Assembly: GCA_022844165.1 (NCBI GenBank) | Contig: JALHMH010000003.1 | Coordinates: 64,001-128,000 of the forward strand | Direction of reading: 5' to 3' | DNA length: 64,000 nt | From: Lysobacterales bacterium | GTDB taxonomy: Bacteria > Pseudomonadota > Gammaproteobacteria > Xanthomonadales > SZUA-5 | Part shown: one piece after another, positions 18,501 through 26,800 of the stretch | How positions within the stretch are numbered: position 1 is the stretch's first letter | How the letters are laid out: each line of letters starts with the position of its first letter | Translations under genes and position numbers: made by a program | The notes under the pieces: generated by a model | What the model was told of the DNA's origin: nothing | Seen by the model: only the letters and a program-made list of their open reading frames with translations | Databases searched by the model: none

Positions 18501-21500
18501 CAGCTGGACTATGTTGAAGCGCACGGAACCGGCACCAGCGTCGGCGATCCAATCGAAGTGAAGGCACTGGGTGCGGTGCTGTCTATGAGCCGTGAAAACG
18601 GGCGCATTTGCCCGATCGGATCGGTGAAGACCAATATTGGTCACGCCGAATCGGCCGCCGGTATTGCCAGTGTCATCAAAGTGGCTTTGATGCTTAAGCA
18701 TCGAATGCTGCCGCCAAGCTTGCATTTCGTGACGCCGAATCCTCTGATCCCGTTCGACGATTTGCCCTTGCGTGTGCAGAGAACCGCAGAGCAGTTCCCA
18801 GATGATCGAGCTCCCCTCCTGGCGGGCGTCAACGGCTTCGGAGTTGGTGGTACGAACGTGCATGCAGTGCTCGAAGAAGCACCTTCGAGTTCGACGTCCG
18901 AGTTGCCAGGCAACACCGGCGCCGGCAATGCACTGCGCCCCTATTTGTTGCTGCTCAGTGCGCGTAGCGCGGCTTCGTTAAGGGGAGCAGCAAGACGGCT
19001 GGCGCAGTATCTGGGCGCGGACGGAGTCGATCGGCCGCTTGCAGGCGTGGCGCATACGTTGGCCGTCAGGCGCAGCGCGATGAACCATAGCCTCGGGATC
19101 ATCGGCGAAGGGCGTGAGGAGCTCATGGCGGCGCTTTCCGCTTATGCAGAGGGTCTTCGTCACCCAGGCGTCCTGCTTGCGCCGACGTCAATATCTGAGT
19201 CTTCGCCCAAACTGGCGTTCGTATTTTCAGGGCAGGGTTCCCAATGGTGGGGAATGGGCCGGAAACTGTTGCAATGCGAACCCGTGTTTCAGTCTGTTAT
19301 TGCGCGTTGCGACCAGCTTCTAAGCTCCATGGTGGGCTGGTCGTTGTTGGATGTGCTGCATGCCAACCAGAGCGATTCCCGCCTGACCGAGACGGCGTTT
19401 GCCCAACCGGCCCTGTTCGCTTTGCAGGCCGCTACCGTCGCGCTGTGGAAATCCTGGGGCGTTACGCCGGATGCAGTCGTCGGTCACAGCGTGGGGGAAA
19501 TCGCAGCGGCGCATGCCGCCGGTGCGCTGACGCTGGACGATTCCATCGCGCTGGTGGCTCATCGGGCGGCATTGATGCAGCAAGCCACCGGGTTGGGCAG
19601 CATGGTGAGTGTTGAGACTTCGCTGGAAGAGGCCGAAGCGGCCATAGACAGGTATCGCGACCGCCTTGCTGTCGCCGCCGTCAACAGTCCGGGATCGATT
19701 GTGCTGTCAGGCGACACTATTGCGCTTGACGAAGTGATATCGCAGTTCAAAGCGAAAGGGACAGTGACCGTCAAGCTGCCGGTGAACTACGCGTTTCACA
19801 GCCCACAAGTCGAGCCGTTCAAGGAAGCACTTTGTCGGGCTGTGGCAGATCTGCGACCGGGCGCCAGCAGTATCCCGATGATGTCGACCGTGACCGGCGA
19901 CTGGTGCAGCGGCGAAACGCTCGTTGCCGGGTACTGGGGCGAGAACATGCGCGGCCGCGTGAACTTCGCTCAAGCCATCGCCAGGCTCGCCGAAGAGGGA
20001 TTCTCACAGTTTGTCGAAGTTGGCCCTCATCCCGTGCTCTGCGGCTCGATATCCCGCACACTGAAGTCCGTTGCGCGTGCCGGCTCCGCGATTCCGAGCT
20101 TGATACGGGACAAAGACGATCAAACGTCCATGCTGTCGGCCTGGTTTGAACTACGATCTGGCCGGCGAAACATGGAGACGTGCCAGTTGTTCGGAAACTG
20201 GCCCGTCGAACGCAGCGTTCCAGGTTACGCCTGGGATCGGCAGCGCTATTGGCTCGACCTGCCCAATAAGGAGGTCTCTCGCTCGGCAATCAGGCATCCG
20301 CTGGTGACATCGCGCCTGCAAACTGCCCAGCCCGCTTGGCAGAGTTTGATCGACGCGCACCAATTCCCGGGCTTGCGTGGTCCCCGCCGTGCTGGAGACG
20401 CCTATCTGTCTCGCGGCGTTTTTGTCGAACTGGCGATGGCCGCAGCGACGGCCATGGTGGGAGAGAAAATTCGTGTTGTCAAAGACCTTGTCTTTGACGA
20501 GCAGCTCATGCTCCCAATGACGGACGCCTACCCTGAACTCCAAACCACACTTCTGAATGTCGGTCCTGACGAAGCAGTGGTCACGGTGCATGTCAGAACG
20601 ACATCTGCTCAGGGCGGCGGTTGGCACCGACAAGCAGAACTCAGGACACCGCTGACACGCGAGGCACCAACGAATCCTGCACGGATCGCCATCGATCAGC
20701 TGAAATCAGGCGGGCTCCGCCGCATAGAGGGCGACGAAATTTACCGGTTGTTCGGCCAGCTCGGACTTGAGTATCCGAATGAGATCCGGTTAGCGAAAAC
20801 TGCCTGGGTGGGAAATGACGAGTCACTGCTGCAGTTGGCCATGCTCGATAGCCAGTTGGAAGGGGCAGAGCGGTATTGCCTGCATCCGATCGTGTTTGAG
20901 GCCATGGAGCAGACGCTGCGTATCGCACTGGGTGCGCGAGGAGCGCGCGCCGAGATGAGATCCGCCAGGCGTTTCCAGGTTGTGGCGACGGGATCGAGTG
21001 CCTGGGTCCACGCAAAATTGCGCAGTGAGCCCGATGCCGATGGGTTACCACGGGTTGACCTTTGCGTATGCGACAACGATGGCAATGTGATCGCAGTCGC
21101 CGAAGGCGTATCCGCAACCAACACCACACTCAACGAAGTGGCAGAGGGCGTACCCACCGATCCAGGCGCCTGGTTGTACCAGGTCGATTGGGTCCAAACC
21201 CTGCCGCTGCGGCAAACGAGCGATAGCGATGCCGGAGCCTGGCTGATTCTCGCCGACGAAAGGGGCGTCGCCAGGCGAATTGCCAAGCGCCTTACGGCTG
21301 CCGGTCAACGCTGTATCAGTGTGCGCCGAGGAGCGTGCCAGTCGCCGGCTGCAGATGATGAGATCGGAGTGCTGGACGATAGTGCGGATTCACTGCGGGA
21401 GGCATTTGTTGCGGCACTCGGATCCGACGAATGCCGCGGCGTGATACACCTGTGGTGCCTTGACCACGCCGAGGCTCCGCCGACATTCGACACCGTGCTA

Positions 21501-24137
21501 TCGGCGCAGAAGTCAGGCGCCCTAAGCGTCATGCATCTAGTCCAGGCACTCGCGCAGCTCCCGTTCCGAAAGCCACCGCGGTTGTGGATTGTGACCTCGG
21601 GAGTGCAGCGCATTCAGCTCGACAGCGCCGACGTCCGTCCGACCCACGCGACCGTCTGGGGTTTGGGCAAGTCAATTTCTATTGAGCATCCCGAATTGCG
21701 CTGCACGCGCGTCGACTTGGGACATGCAATGAACGACGTGCGCGAAATCTCGGCTCTGGCGGCCGAGCTACTCGCGGACGAAGAGGAGGACCAGCTCGCG
21801 TTTCGGGAGGAGCATCGCTACGTCGCGCGGCTGGCACGCTATCGACCCGCAACAGGGGACGCGAGTGCGGAGGCCCAAGCGGGTTCCGATGCCATTCCTG
21901 CGACAGGCAGTTATCGAGTGGATTGGCCAATCGATGCACAAACGCCAATGATCTCCACTGGCAGGTCGAACGCCCTTGCGCCGCACGAAGTCGAAATTGA
22001 AGTGGAAGCGATCGCCGCCGAAGGGGATGCGTTGGTTCGCGGTTTGGGCGTATCCCTCTCGGAATTCGGCGTATCTCACTTTGGTTGCGCCGGACGAATA
22101 AAACGAGTTGGTCATGAGGTGAATGGCTGGGCCGCTGGAGATCGCGTAGCTGCTTTCGCGCATGGGGGAATGGCATCGCAATTGTGCGTACCCGAATCTG
22201 CGCTCGCCCGTCTGCCGGAGAACACGCCAGCGGCGGTCGTGGTCGGCCGATTGCGTCCCGCACTGGCCGCGTCGATCGCACTGCGGGAACTCTCGACGCT
22301 GACGCCAGGGGACCGGGTGTTAATACACGGTGCCGACACGGAAGCTGGCGCGATTGCGGTCGCAATGGCCGTCTCGCTGGGCGGGCGCGTCGTCGCCACG
22401 GCTGCCGATCCGTTGGTCCGCGAGCACCTGACGAATCTCGGCGCCAGCGTATGCCTGGACAGCGCCTCAATCAGTTTTTATTCGGCGTTGCACTCGGCAC
22501 TTGGGCGCGCGGGTGCACGTGTGTGCCTGAATTTGTCGGATCGCGGCGGTCTTGGTGAATTGCAGGCGATGGTGTCGCCGTTTGGCCATTGCATCGATCT
22601 TAGCGGGTGTCTCGGCCGAAAGACTGCCGGCACCAGGCATGTTCGTGTGATCGCCAATGCCTCACTACACGTCGTTGACCTGGAGTGTCTGTTCGACCGC
22701 GGTTCCGCGCTGACCGCACGCATCATGCAGGATGCAACCGACTGGCTTTACGCTGTGCATATGCGGCTAGGTCCTCCTTCCGAAGTCTGTCTTGCCAATG
22801 AGTGGAACCCGATAAGGCAGGCGGCGCGAGAGGCAGTCGCTATCGCTCCGCTGGTCGTGAAGCTTCCCGATCGATCCGGCGAGCAGTCTCCCACCGCCGT
22901 GTCGAGTCAGTTGCTGCGCGACGACGGTACCTATCTGGTCACGGGCGGCTTGGGAGGACTTGGCCTGAGCATTGCGCTGCGACTCACGTCCTCCGGCGCC
23001 AAACATCTGGTGCTGATGGGACGCAAGGCGCCAACACAAATGGCCAGCGAGGTGATTTCGGAGATCGAGCGTCGCGGCGTCGAGGTGCGAACGGTGGCGG
23101 CAGACGTGGCCGACCGCGAGGCGATGATCCGACTGCTATCGACAATACGCAGCGAGATGCCACCGTTGCGCGGGATAGTGCACGCTGCCGGAAGCCTGGA
23201 CAATGCTCTGATGGTTGGAATGTCAGATGCTCAGTTCATGAGTCCGCTGCCATCGAAGGTCCTGGGCGCCTATCTGTTGGATACGCTGACGGCAGACGAT
23301 CCACTCGACTTCTTCGTGATGTTTTCTTCGCTTGCGTCTTTGATCGGATCGCCAGGCCAGGGCAACTATGGAGCTGCGAACGCTTATCTGGACGCGCTGG
23401 CCTGCATGCGTTCGGCGCGCGGGCAGCCAGGACTGGCGATTTGTTGGGGTCCATGGGCGGAAATCGGTATGGCCGCCGACGCGCACAACGCCTCGCTGCT
23501 GGAGCAGTATGGCATGGGCATGTTGGCCCCCGAGAAGTGTCTTGATTTGTTCGAGAACTTTCTCCTGACTGGCACAGGTGTACTTGGTGCGATCGCGATG
23601 GACTGGTCGCTTTGGAGCAAGTCATTTCCTGCACTCTCCGAGAAGCCGTTCATGTCGCTCCAAGTGCCGGGCAAAGACGGGAAGTCGTTAACGGCCGGTG
23701 GGCGCTTGACGGCCGCCGCAATCGCCGCCGTGCAACCAGACGAGCAAATGGCGGCTCTGATCTCCGCAATTCATGGCGCGGTCTGCCGCGCACTTCAACT
23801 CGCCCCGGAGCAACTGACGACCGACATAGGCCTGACTGCCGTTGGCCTGGATTCGATTGTCGCCCTTGAACTCAAGAACCGTATCGAGTCCAGCATCGAT
23901 GTTGTGGTTCAAACCCCAATGCTGCTCAAGGGGCCGACCATCGAGGAACTTGCCGTGCAGTTTCGATCGCAGTTGTTGGGCAACAATTCTGGCGATGCGA
24001 GCAAATCCGGCCGATCCAACAAACGGTCGGTGACCAGGCGCCAGGCGGTCGACTTGCTGGAACGATTGGACGAACTCTCCGACGAGGAGGTCAACGCCAT
24101 TCTTACCGATCTATCCGATGGTGTACTTGCATCGTGA
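15510..24137 (+). CDS. Type I PKS with FAAL loading: FAAL-ACP(Ser-less)-KS-AT-DH(degenerate)-ER(degenerate)-KR-ACP
   Basis: FAAL: FLQYSSGSTGDPKG, YGLAEATL, PKTSSGK. KS: DTACSSS, HGTGT, NIGHAE. AT: GHSVG...YAFH. KR: GGLGGLG, HAAGSLDN, YGAAN. ACP2: GLDSIV. C-terminal docking helix LERLDELSDEEVNAIL. ATG 15510 has an AAGGA RBS. Confidence 0.95.
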   Translation: MRNDLSAFTSIVDIVRMRARAEPKSVAFRFLKYRPKEESLVLTSEALDARAKSIAAALQQHAQRGDRVLLLFRPGTDFVCAFLGCLYAGMVAVPSSVPRFGHGTERLRRIAANAGASIALSSSGVFAAIRAEASHIAPRWIEMEDIAETDTSDSLQLSSDDIAFLQYSSGSTGDPKGVVVTHANLMHQLALFATASAATRDSCMVSWLPVFHDLGLIAGVLHPLYSGFPGVLLAPESFVEKPERWLRAIASFRADMTAAPNFAYQLCARAISDQEMKGIDLASLRFALNGAEPIRPSTLERFAQRFSAWGFDPSAFYPAYGLAEATLLVTGGGAQGARPTVKSFNSQSLDDGFAVPVLDGTPGARCLAASGMTIEGQSVRIVDPEKTTDLGAMQVGEIWVSGQSVCRGYWQRSATTEETFGQVVAGQQHPCWLRTGDLGFLCDGELFVCGRLKDLLLIRGRNLHAPDIEATVETVHDGLRPNCGVAFPVDIEGEERLVVAHEVDREAKFDDERLLELAQSVAKAIALHHEVMVHAVVLLRHGTVPKTSSGKLQRREARQRFLQGNLKSVFSWSPPAPDLGAPQTPDAAIDAPTDQTRLQHLLVEGLAAILGVPGSEVDIDRPFAQYALDAAGKLRVVRLLESKLQRPLPATLLDDFKNIKELCETGQISFAGNGDGLSSDELVKAAAGAIAARPAGMVEDKIAIVGIGCRFPGAANPRDFWKLLIEGVDAVTEVPADRWDIDEVYDANPLASRKMNTRWGGFVEDIDKLDRNFFGLSIREAVRMDPQHRLMLEVAWEALEDAGIDPATLANTQSGVFVGISGSDYAQMQFGDASLVDAYAGLGCALTIAASRISHFLNLRGPAIAVDTACSSSLSALHLACVSLRRGECETALVGGVNILLSPVVTMCLTKAGMMSADGRCKAFDSRANGYVRAEGAGIVVLKPLSRAIADGNEIYAVVRGTASNQDGRSSGIAAPNGEAQQRVVLAACADAGIAPGQLDYVEAHGTGTSVGDPIEVKALGAVLSMSRENGRICPIGSVKTNIGHAESAAGIASVIKVALMLKHRMLPPSLHFVTPNPLIPFDDLPLRVQRTAEQFPDDRAPLLAGVNGFGVGGTNVHAVLEEAPSSSTSELPGNTGAGNALRPYLLLLSARSAASLRGAARRLAQYLGADGVDRPLAGVAHTLAVRRSAMNHSLGIIGEGREELMAALSAYAEGLRHPGVLLAPTSISESSPKLAFVFSGQGSQWWGMGRKLLQCEPVFQSVIARCDQLLSSMVGWSLLDVLHANQSDSRLTETAFAQPALFALQAATVALWKSWGVTPDAVVGHSVGEIAAAHAAGALTLDDSIALVAHRAALMQQATGLGSMVSVETSLEEAEAAIDRYRDRLAVAAVNSPGSIVLSGDTIALDEVISQFKAKGTVTVKLPVNYAFHSPQVEPFKEALCRAVADLRPGASSIPMMSTVTGDWCSGETLVAGYWGENMRGRVNFAQAIARLAEEGFSQFVEVGPHPVLCGSISRTLKSVARAGSAIPSLIRDKDDQTSMLSAWFELRSGRRNMETCQLFGNWPVERSVPGYAWDRQRYWLDLPNKEVSRSAIRHPLVTSRLQTAQPAWQSLIDAHQFPGLRGPRRAGDAYLSRGVFVELAMAAATAMVGEKIRVVKDLVFDEQLMLPMTDAYPELQTTLLNVGPDEAVVTVHVRTTSAQGGGWHRQAELRTPLTREAPTNPARIAIDQLKSGGLRRIEGDEIYRLFGQLGLEYPNEIRLAKTAWVGNDESLLQLAMLDSQLEGAERYCLHPIVFEAMEQTLRIALGARGARAEMRSARRFQVVATGSSAWVHAKLRSEPDADGLPRVDLCVCDNDGNVIAVAEGVSATNTTLNEVAEGVPTDPGAWLYQVDWVQTLPLRQTSDSDAGAWLILADERGVARRIAKRLTAAGQRCISVRRGACQSPAADDEIGVLDDSADSLREAFVAALGSDECRGVIHLWCLDHAEAPPTFDTVLSAQKSGALSVMHLVQALAQLPFRKPPRLWIVTSGVQRIQLDSADVRPTHATVWGLGKSISIEHPELRCTRVDLGHAMNDVREISALAAELLADEEEDQLAFREEHRYVARLARYRPATGDASAEAQAGSDAIPATGSYRVDWPIDAQTPMISTGRSNALAPHEVEIEVEAIAAEGDALVRGLGVSLSEFGVSHFGCAGRIKRVGHEVNGWAAGDRVAAFAHGGMASQLCVPESALARLPENTPAAVVVGRLRPALAASIALRELSTLTPGDRVLIHGADTEAGAIAVAMAVSLGGRVVATAADPLVREHLTNLGASVCLDSASISFYSALHSALGRAGARVCLNLSDRGGLGELQAMVSPFGHCIDLSGCLGRKTAGTRHVRVIANASLHVVDLECLFDRGSALTARIMQDATDWLYAVHMRLGPPSEVCLANEWNPIRQAAREAVAIAPLVVKLPDRSGEQSPTAVSSQLLRDDGTYLVTGGLGGLGLSIALRLTSSGAKHLVLMGRKAPTQMASEVISEIERRGVEVRTVAADVADREAMIRLLSTIRSEMPPLRGIVHAAGSLDNALMVGMSDAQFMSPLPSKVLGAYLLDTLTADDPLDFFVMFSSLASLIGSPGQGNYGAANAYLDALACMRSARGQPGLAICWGPWAEIGMAADAHNASLLEQYGMGMLAPEKCLDLFENFLLTGTGVLGAIAMDWSLWSKSFPALSEKPFMSLQVPGKDGKSLTAGGRLTAAAIAAVQPDEQMAALISAIHGAVCRALQLAPEQLTTDIGLTAVGLDSIVALELKNRIESSIDVVVQTPMLLKGPTIEELAVQFRSQLLGNNSGDASKSGRSNKRSVTRRQAVDLLERLDELSDEEVNAILTDLSDGVLAS

Positions 24138-24183
24138 GCGAATGCGCTCAACCTCCCTTCACTATCCGATAGGCTGAATCGAC

Positions 24184-25854
24184 ATGGAGCTGTTCCGATT
24201 CCTCGTCAAGTACTCGCCAGGACTACTGACGATCGCGGTTCTTGTCGGAGTGATGAGTGGCGTCGCCAGCGCGGCGGTCATGGTGGTCATCAATCTCACT
24301 TTGGCGAGAACCGATTTCGCGACCCCACGGGAGTTGGCCCTGGCTTTCGCCGGGGCTACCACCACGGTGTTGATCGCGAGTCTGGGCGCGCGATGGTTGT
24401 TGCTGCATATGTCGACCAACGCTGTAAAGCGAATGCGGATAAGTCTCTGCTCTCAGATTCTCTGCTCTCCGCTTCGGGATGTAGAGGCGCTCGGGGCACC
24501 GACGTTGATCGCCACGCTGACAGAGGACGTTCTGGCTGTCTCCGATACGCTCGCTGAGATCCCGGTGGTGTGCATCAATATCGCCATCCTAAGCGCTTGT
24601 TTCACCTATCTCGTATGGTTGTCCTGGCCGCTCGCCGTGATTTACTTCGCGGTCTTTTTCGTGGGCGTAGTCATTCATGAAGCCATCGCTACGCGTACCC
24701 GCCCGCACCTCGCAAAGGGCCGCGAGAAGTGGGATGAGTTGATTGCGTACTATCAAGCGCTCATTTTGGGAAACAAAGAACTCAAGCTTCACATGCGTCG
24801 GCGTCAGGCCTTCATGAAAGAGGCGCTGGTACCCACTGCTGAGGAGATGCGCGCGCTTTCATTGCGCTGGCACAAGATCTTCGCGTTTGCCGCTTCCTTT
24901 GGGCAATCTTTCTATTTCATCGTGGTCGGCGCCATCCTCTTTTTGACGCCAGTGCTTGGTGGTTTCGAGCCTGTTGTCGTGACTGGGTTCGTACTCATTA
25001 CGATCTTCATGAATGGCCCGCTATCCGGCCTCGTGGGCGCGATACCGACGTTGCAAAGAGCCGGAGTGTCACTTCGGAAGATCGAGTCTCTTGGCCTGAG
25101 CCTATCCAGACCAGAGCCCCCAGTTTGGGAAAAGGAAGTTCTTGCGCCAGAACGATTCGAAGCGCTTTCGATGCGCGGCGTTCGGTACCAGTACGGCGAA
25201 GACGAAGGTTCGCGGAGCTTCGCCCTGGGGCCGATCGATCTCGACCTCGTACCTGGGGAGATCGTATTTGTGACTGGCGGCAATGGCAGCGGCAAGAGCA
25301 GCTTTGCACGGGTTCTGACCGGACTGTATTTGCCGACCGCGGGTACCATCTCGATAAACGGGATGTCGGTTGACGACAACAACCGCGACGCCTATCGCCA
25401 GAACTTCTCCGCGGTGTTCTCTGACTATTTTCTTTTCACGCGGCTCTACGGTCTGGTCGATGAGCGACTGGCGGCTTTGGTCGACGAATATCTGCGCGAA
25501 CTAGAGCTGTCGGATAAGGTCTCGTTGCGTGATGGCGGCTTTTCCACGACTAACCTGTCGCAGGGGCAACGCAAGCGGCTCGCGCTCCTGACTGCATTCG
25601 TCGAGAATCGCCATATCTACCTGTTCGACGAGTGGGCAGCGGATCAAGACCCGGCATTCAAAGACGTCTTTTACCGCCGAATCGTGCCGCAGCTCAAGGC
25701 CCGCGGCAAGACCGTAGTCGTGATCAGTCACGACAGTCACTACTATCAATATTGCGACCGACTGATTCGATTCGAATGCGGAGAATTGGTCGAAGATAGA
25801 ACGGTAAAGCGAATCACTGGCTCCTGCGAAGTTGCGTCAGATGAACTCGCATAA
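24184..25854 (+). CDS. Cyclic peptide/lipopeptide export ABC transporter (PvdE/SyrD/YojI family)
   Basis: Fused TM+NBD with GNKELKL, GGNGSGKS, LSQGQRKRLAL and DEWAADQDP family signature. Confidence 0.93.
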   Translation: MELFRFLVKYSPGLLTIAVLVGVMSGVASAAVMVVINLTLARTDFATPRELALAFAGATTTVLIASLGARWLLLHMSTNAVKRMRISLCSQILCSPLRDVEALGAPTLIATLTEDVLAVSDTLAEIPVVCINIAILSACFTYLVWLSWPLAVIYFAVFFVGVVIHEAIATRTRPHLAKGREKWDELIAYYQALILGNKELKLHMRRRQAFMKEALVPTAEEMRALSLRWHKIFAFAASFGQSFYFIVVGAILFLTPVLGGFEPVVVTGFVLITIFMNGPLSGLVGAIPTLQRAGVSLRKIESLGLSLSRPEPPVWEKEVLAPERFEALSMRGVRYQYGEDEGSRSFALGPIDLDLVPGEIVFVTGGNGSGKSSFARVLTGLYLPTAGTISINGMSVDDNNRDAYRQNFSAVFSDYFLFTRLYGLVDERLAALVDEYLRELELSDKVSLRDGGFSTTNLSQGQRKRLALLTAFVENRHIYLFDEWAADQDPAFKDVFYRRIVPQLKARGKTVVVISHDSHYYQYCDRLIRFECGELVEDRTVKRITGSCEVASDELA

Positions 25855-26611
25855 GCCGCTGGTTGAAACCATGGATTCGCCCTGGTTCCGTACCCTCGGC
25901 GTTTCGCACGCATCTGCCATGCGGTTGTTTTGCTTTCCGTATGCGGGAGCAGGGGCTTCGGCCTTCGTCGCATGGTCCGCCGCAGTTGGTCCTGAGATCC
26001 AGGTAGTTGCCGTCGTGTATCCAGGCCGCGAAACGCGGACTCACGAAAAGCCGCTGGTGCGGCTCGCAGATTTCATCGCGCCATTGGCCTCTGCAATCCG
26101 AACCTGGTCGGATCGGCCGTTCGCATTTTTCGGACATAGCATGGGCGGAAGGATCTGCTTCGAACTTGCCAGGACGCTGGAGGCGTCAGCCGGTCCGGTC
26201 CCAGAGCATGTTTTCGTCTCCGCAGTCGGCGCACCGCATTTGCGCGAGCCGAGGCCTTTGCATGCACTCTCAAATGCTGCATTGCTGCGAGCGCTGGTGC
26301 AGTTGAACGGGATTCCGAACGAAGTCAAGAGGCGTCCTGAGATGTTGGCCCAGGCGCTCCCGGTTCTTCGAGCAGATTTTGAGGTCTGCGAAGCGAGCGA
26401 GTTGGAGTTGGGCAGTCCTCTGATGGCACCTCTGACCGCATATCTTGCGGAAGATGATTGCCGCGTCGAGCCCGAGCGGATTTCGGCTTGGCGAGATCTG
26501 GCAGGGGTCGCCTTTAGACAGCGGAAATTTCCTGGCGACCACTTTTATCTGCGCGCGCAAAGGAATGCCCTGATTGCAGATATCCGTGGTCAGCTTCTCG
26601 CGGGCTGTTGA
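25841..26611 (+). CDS. Type II (editing) thioesterase
   Basis: LFCFPYAGAG, GHSMGG, LRADF and GDHFY motifs; overlaps the end of the exporter gene. Confidence 0.93.
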   Translation: MNSHKPLVETMDSPWFRTLGVSHASAMRLFCFPYAGAGASAFVAWSAAVGPEIQVVAVVYPGRETRTHEKPLVRLADFIAPLASAIRTWSDRPFAFFGHSMGGRICFELARTLEASAGPVPEHVFVSAVGAPHLREPRPLHALSNAALLRALVQLNGIPNEVKRRPEMLAQALPVLRADFEVCEASELELGSPLMAPLTAYLAEDDCRVEPERISAWRDLAGVAFRQRKFPGDHFYLRAQRNALIADIRGQLLAGC

Positions 26612-26760
26612 AAAACAGCCTGCTGGCGCGAACCAGGGATGGTTCGCGGTTGATCGAGCTTGCAAGTGCTTGATCCATTCAGAGCGAGTCTGGACCTGCG
26701 CCGGACTCGCGACGTTGAGAAAGTGCACGAAGGCACTTTCTCTACATCGTGCTAAAGCAC
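26598..26760. mobile_element. MITE-like or structured multi-hairpin element
   Basis: Five to six back-to-back hairpins, with degenerate terminal inverted repeats tcgcgggctgttgaaaaa (26598) and tttctctacatcgtgcta (26737-26754). No transposase. Confidence 0.5.
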
Positions 26761-26800
26761 GCGAAGAGGCCGTGTTTCTAATTTGGTTTTTGGAGCAATC

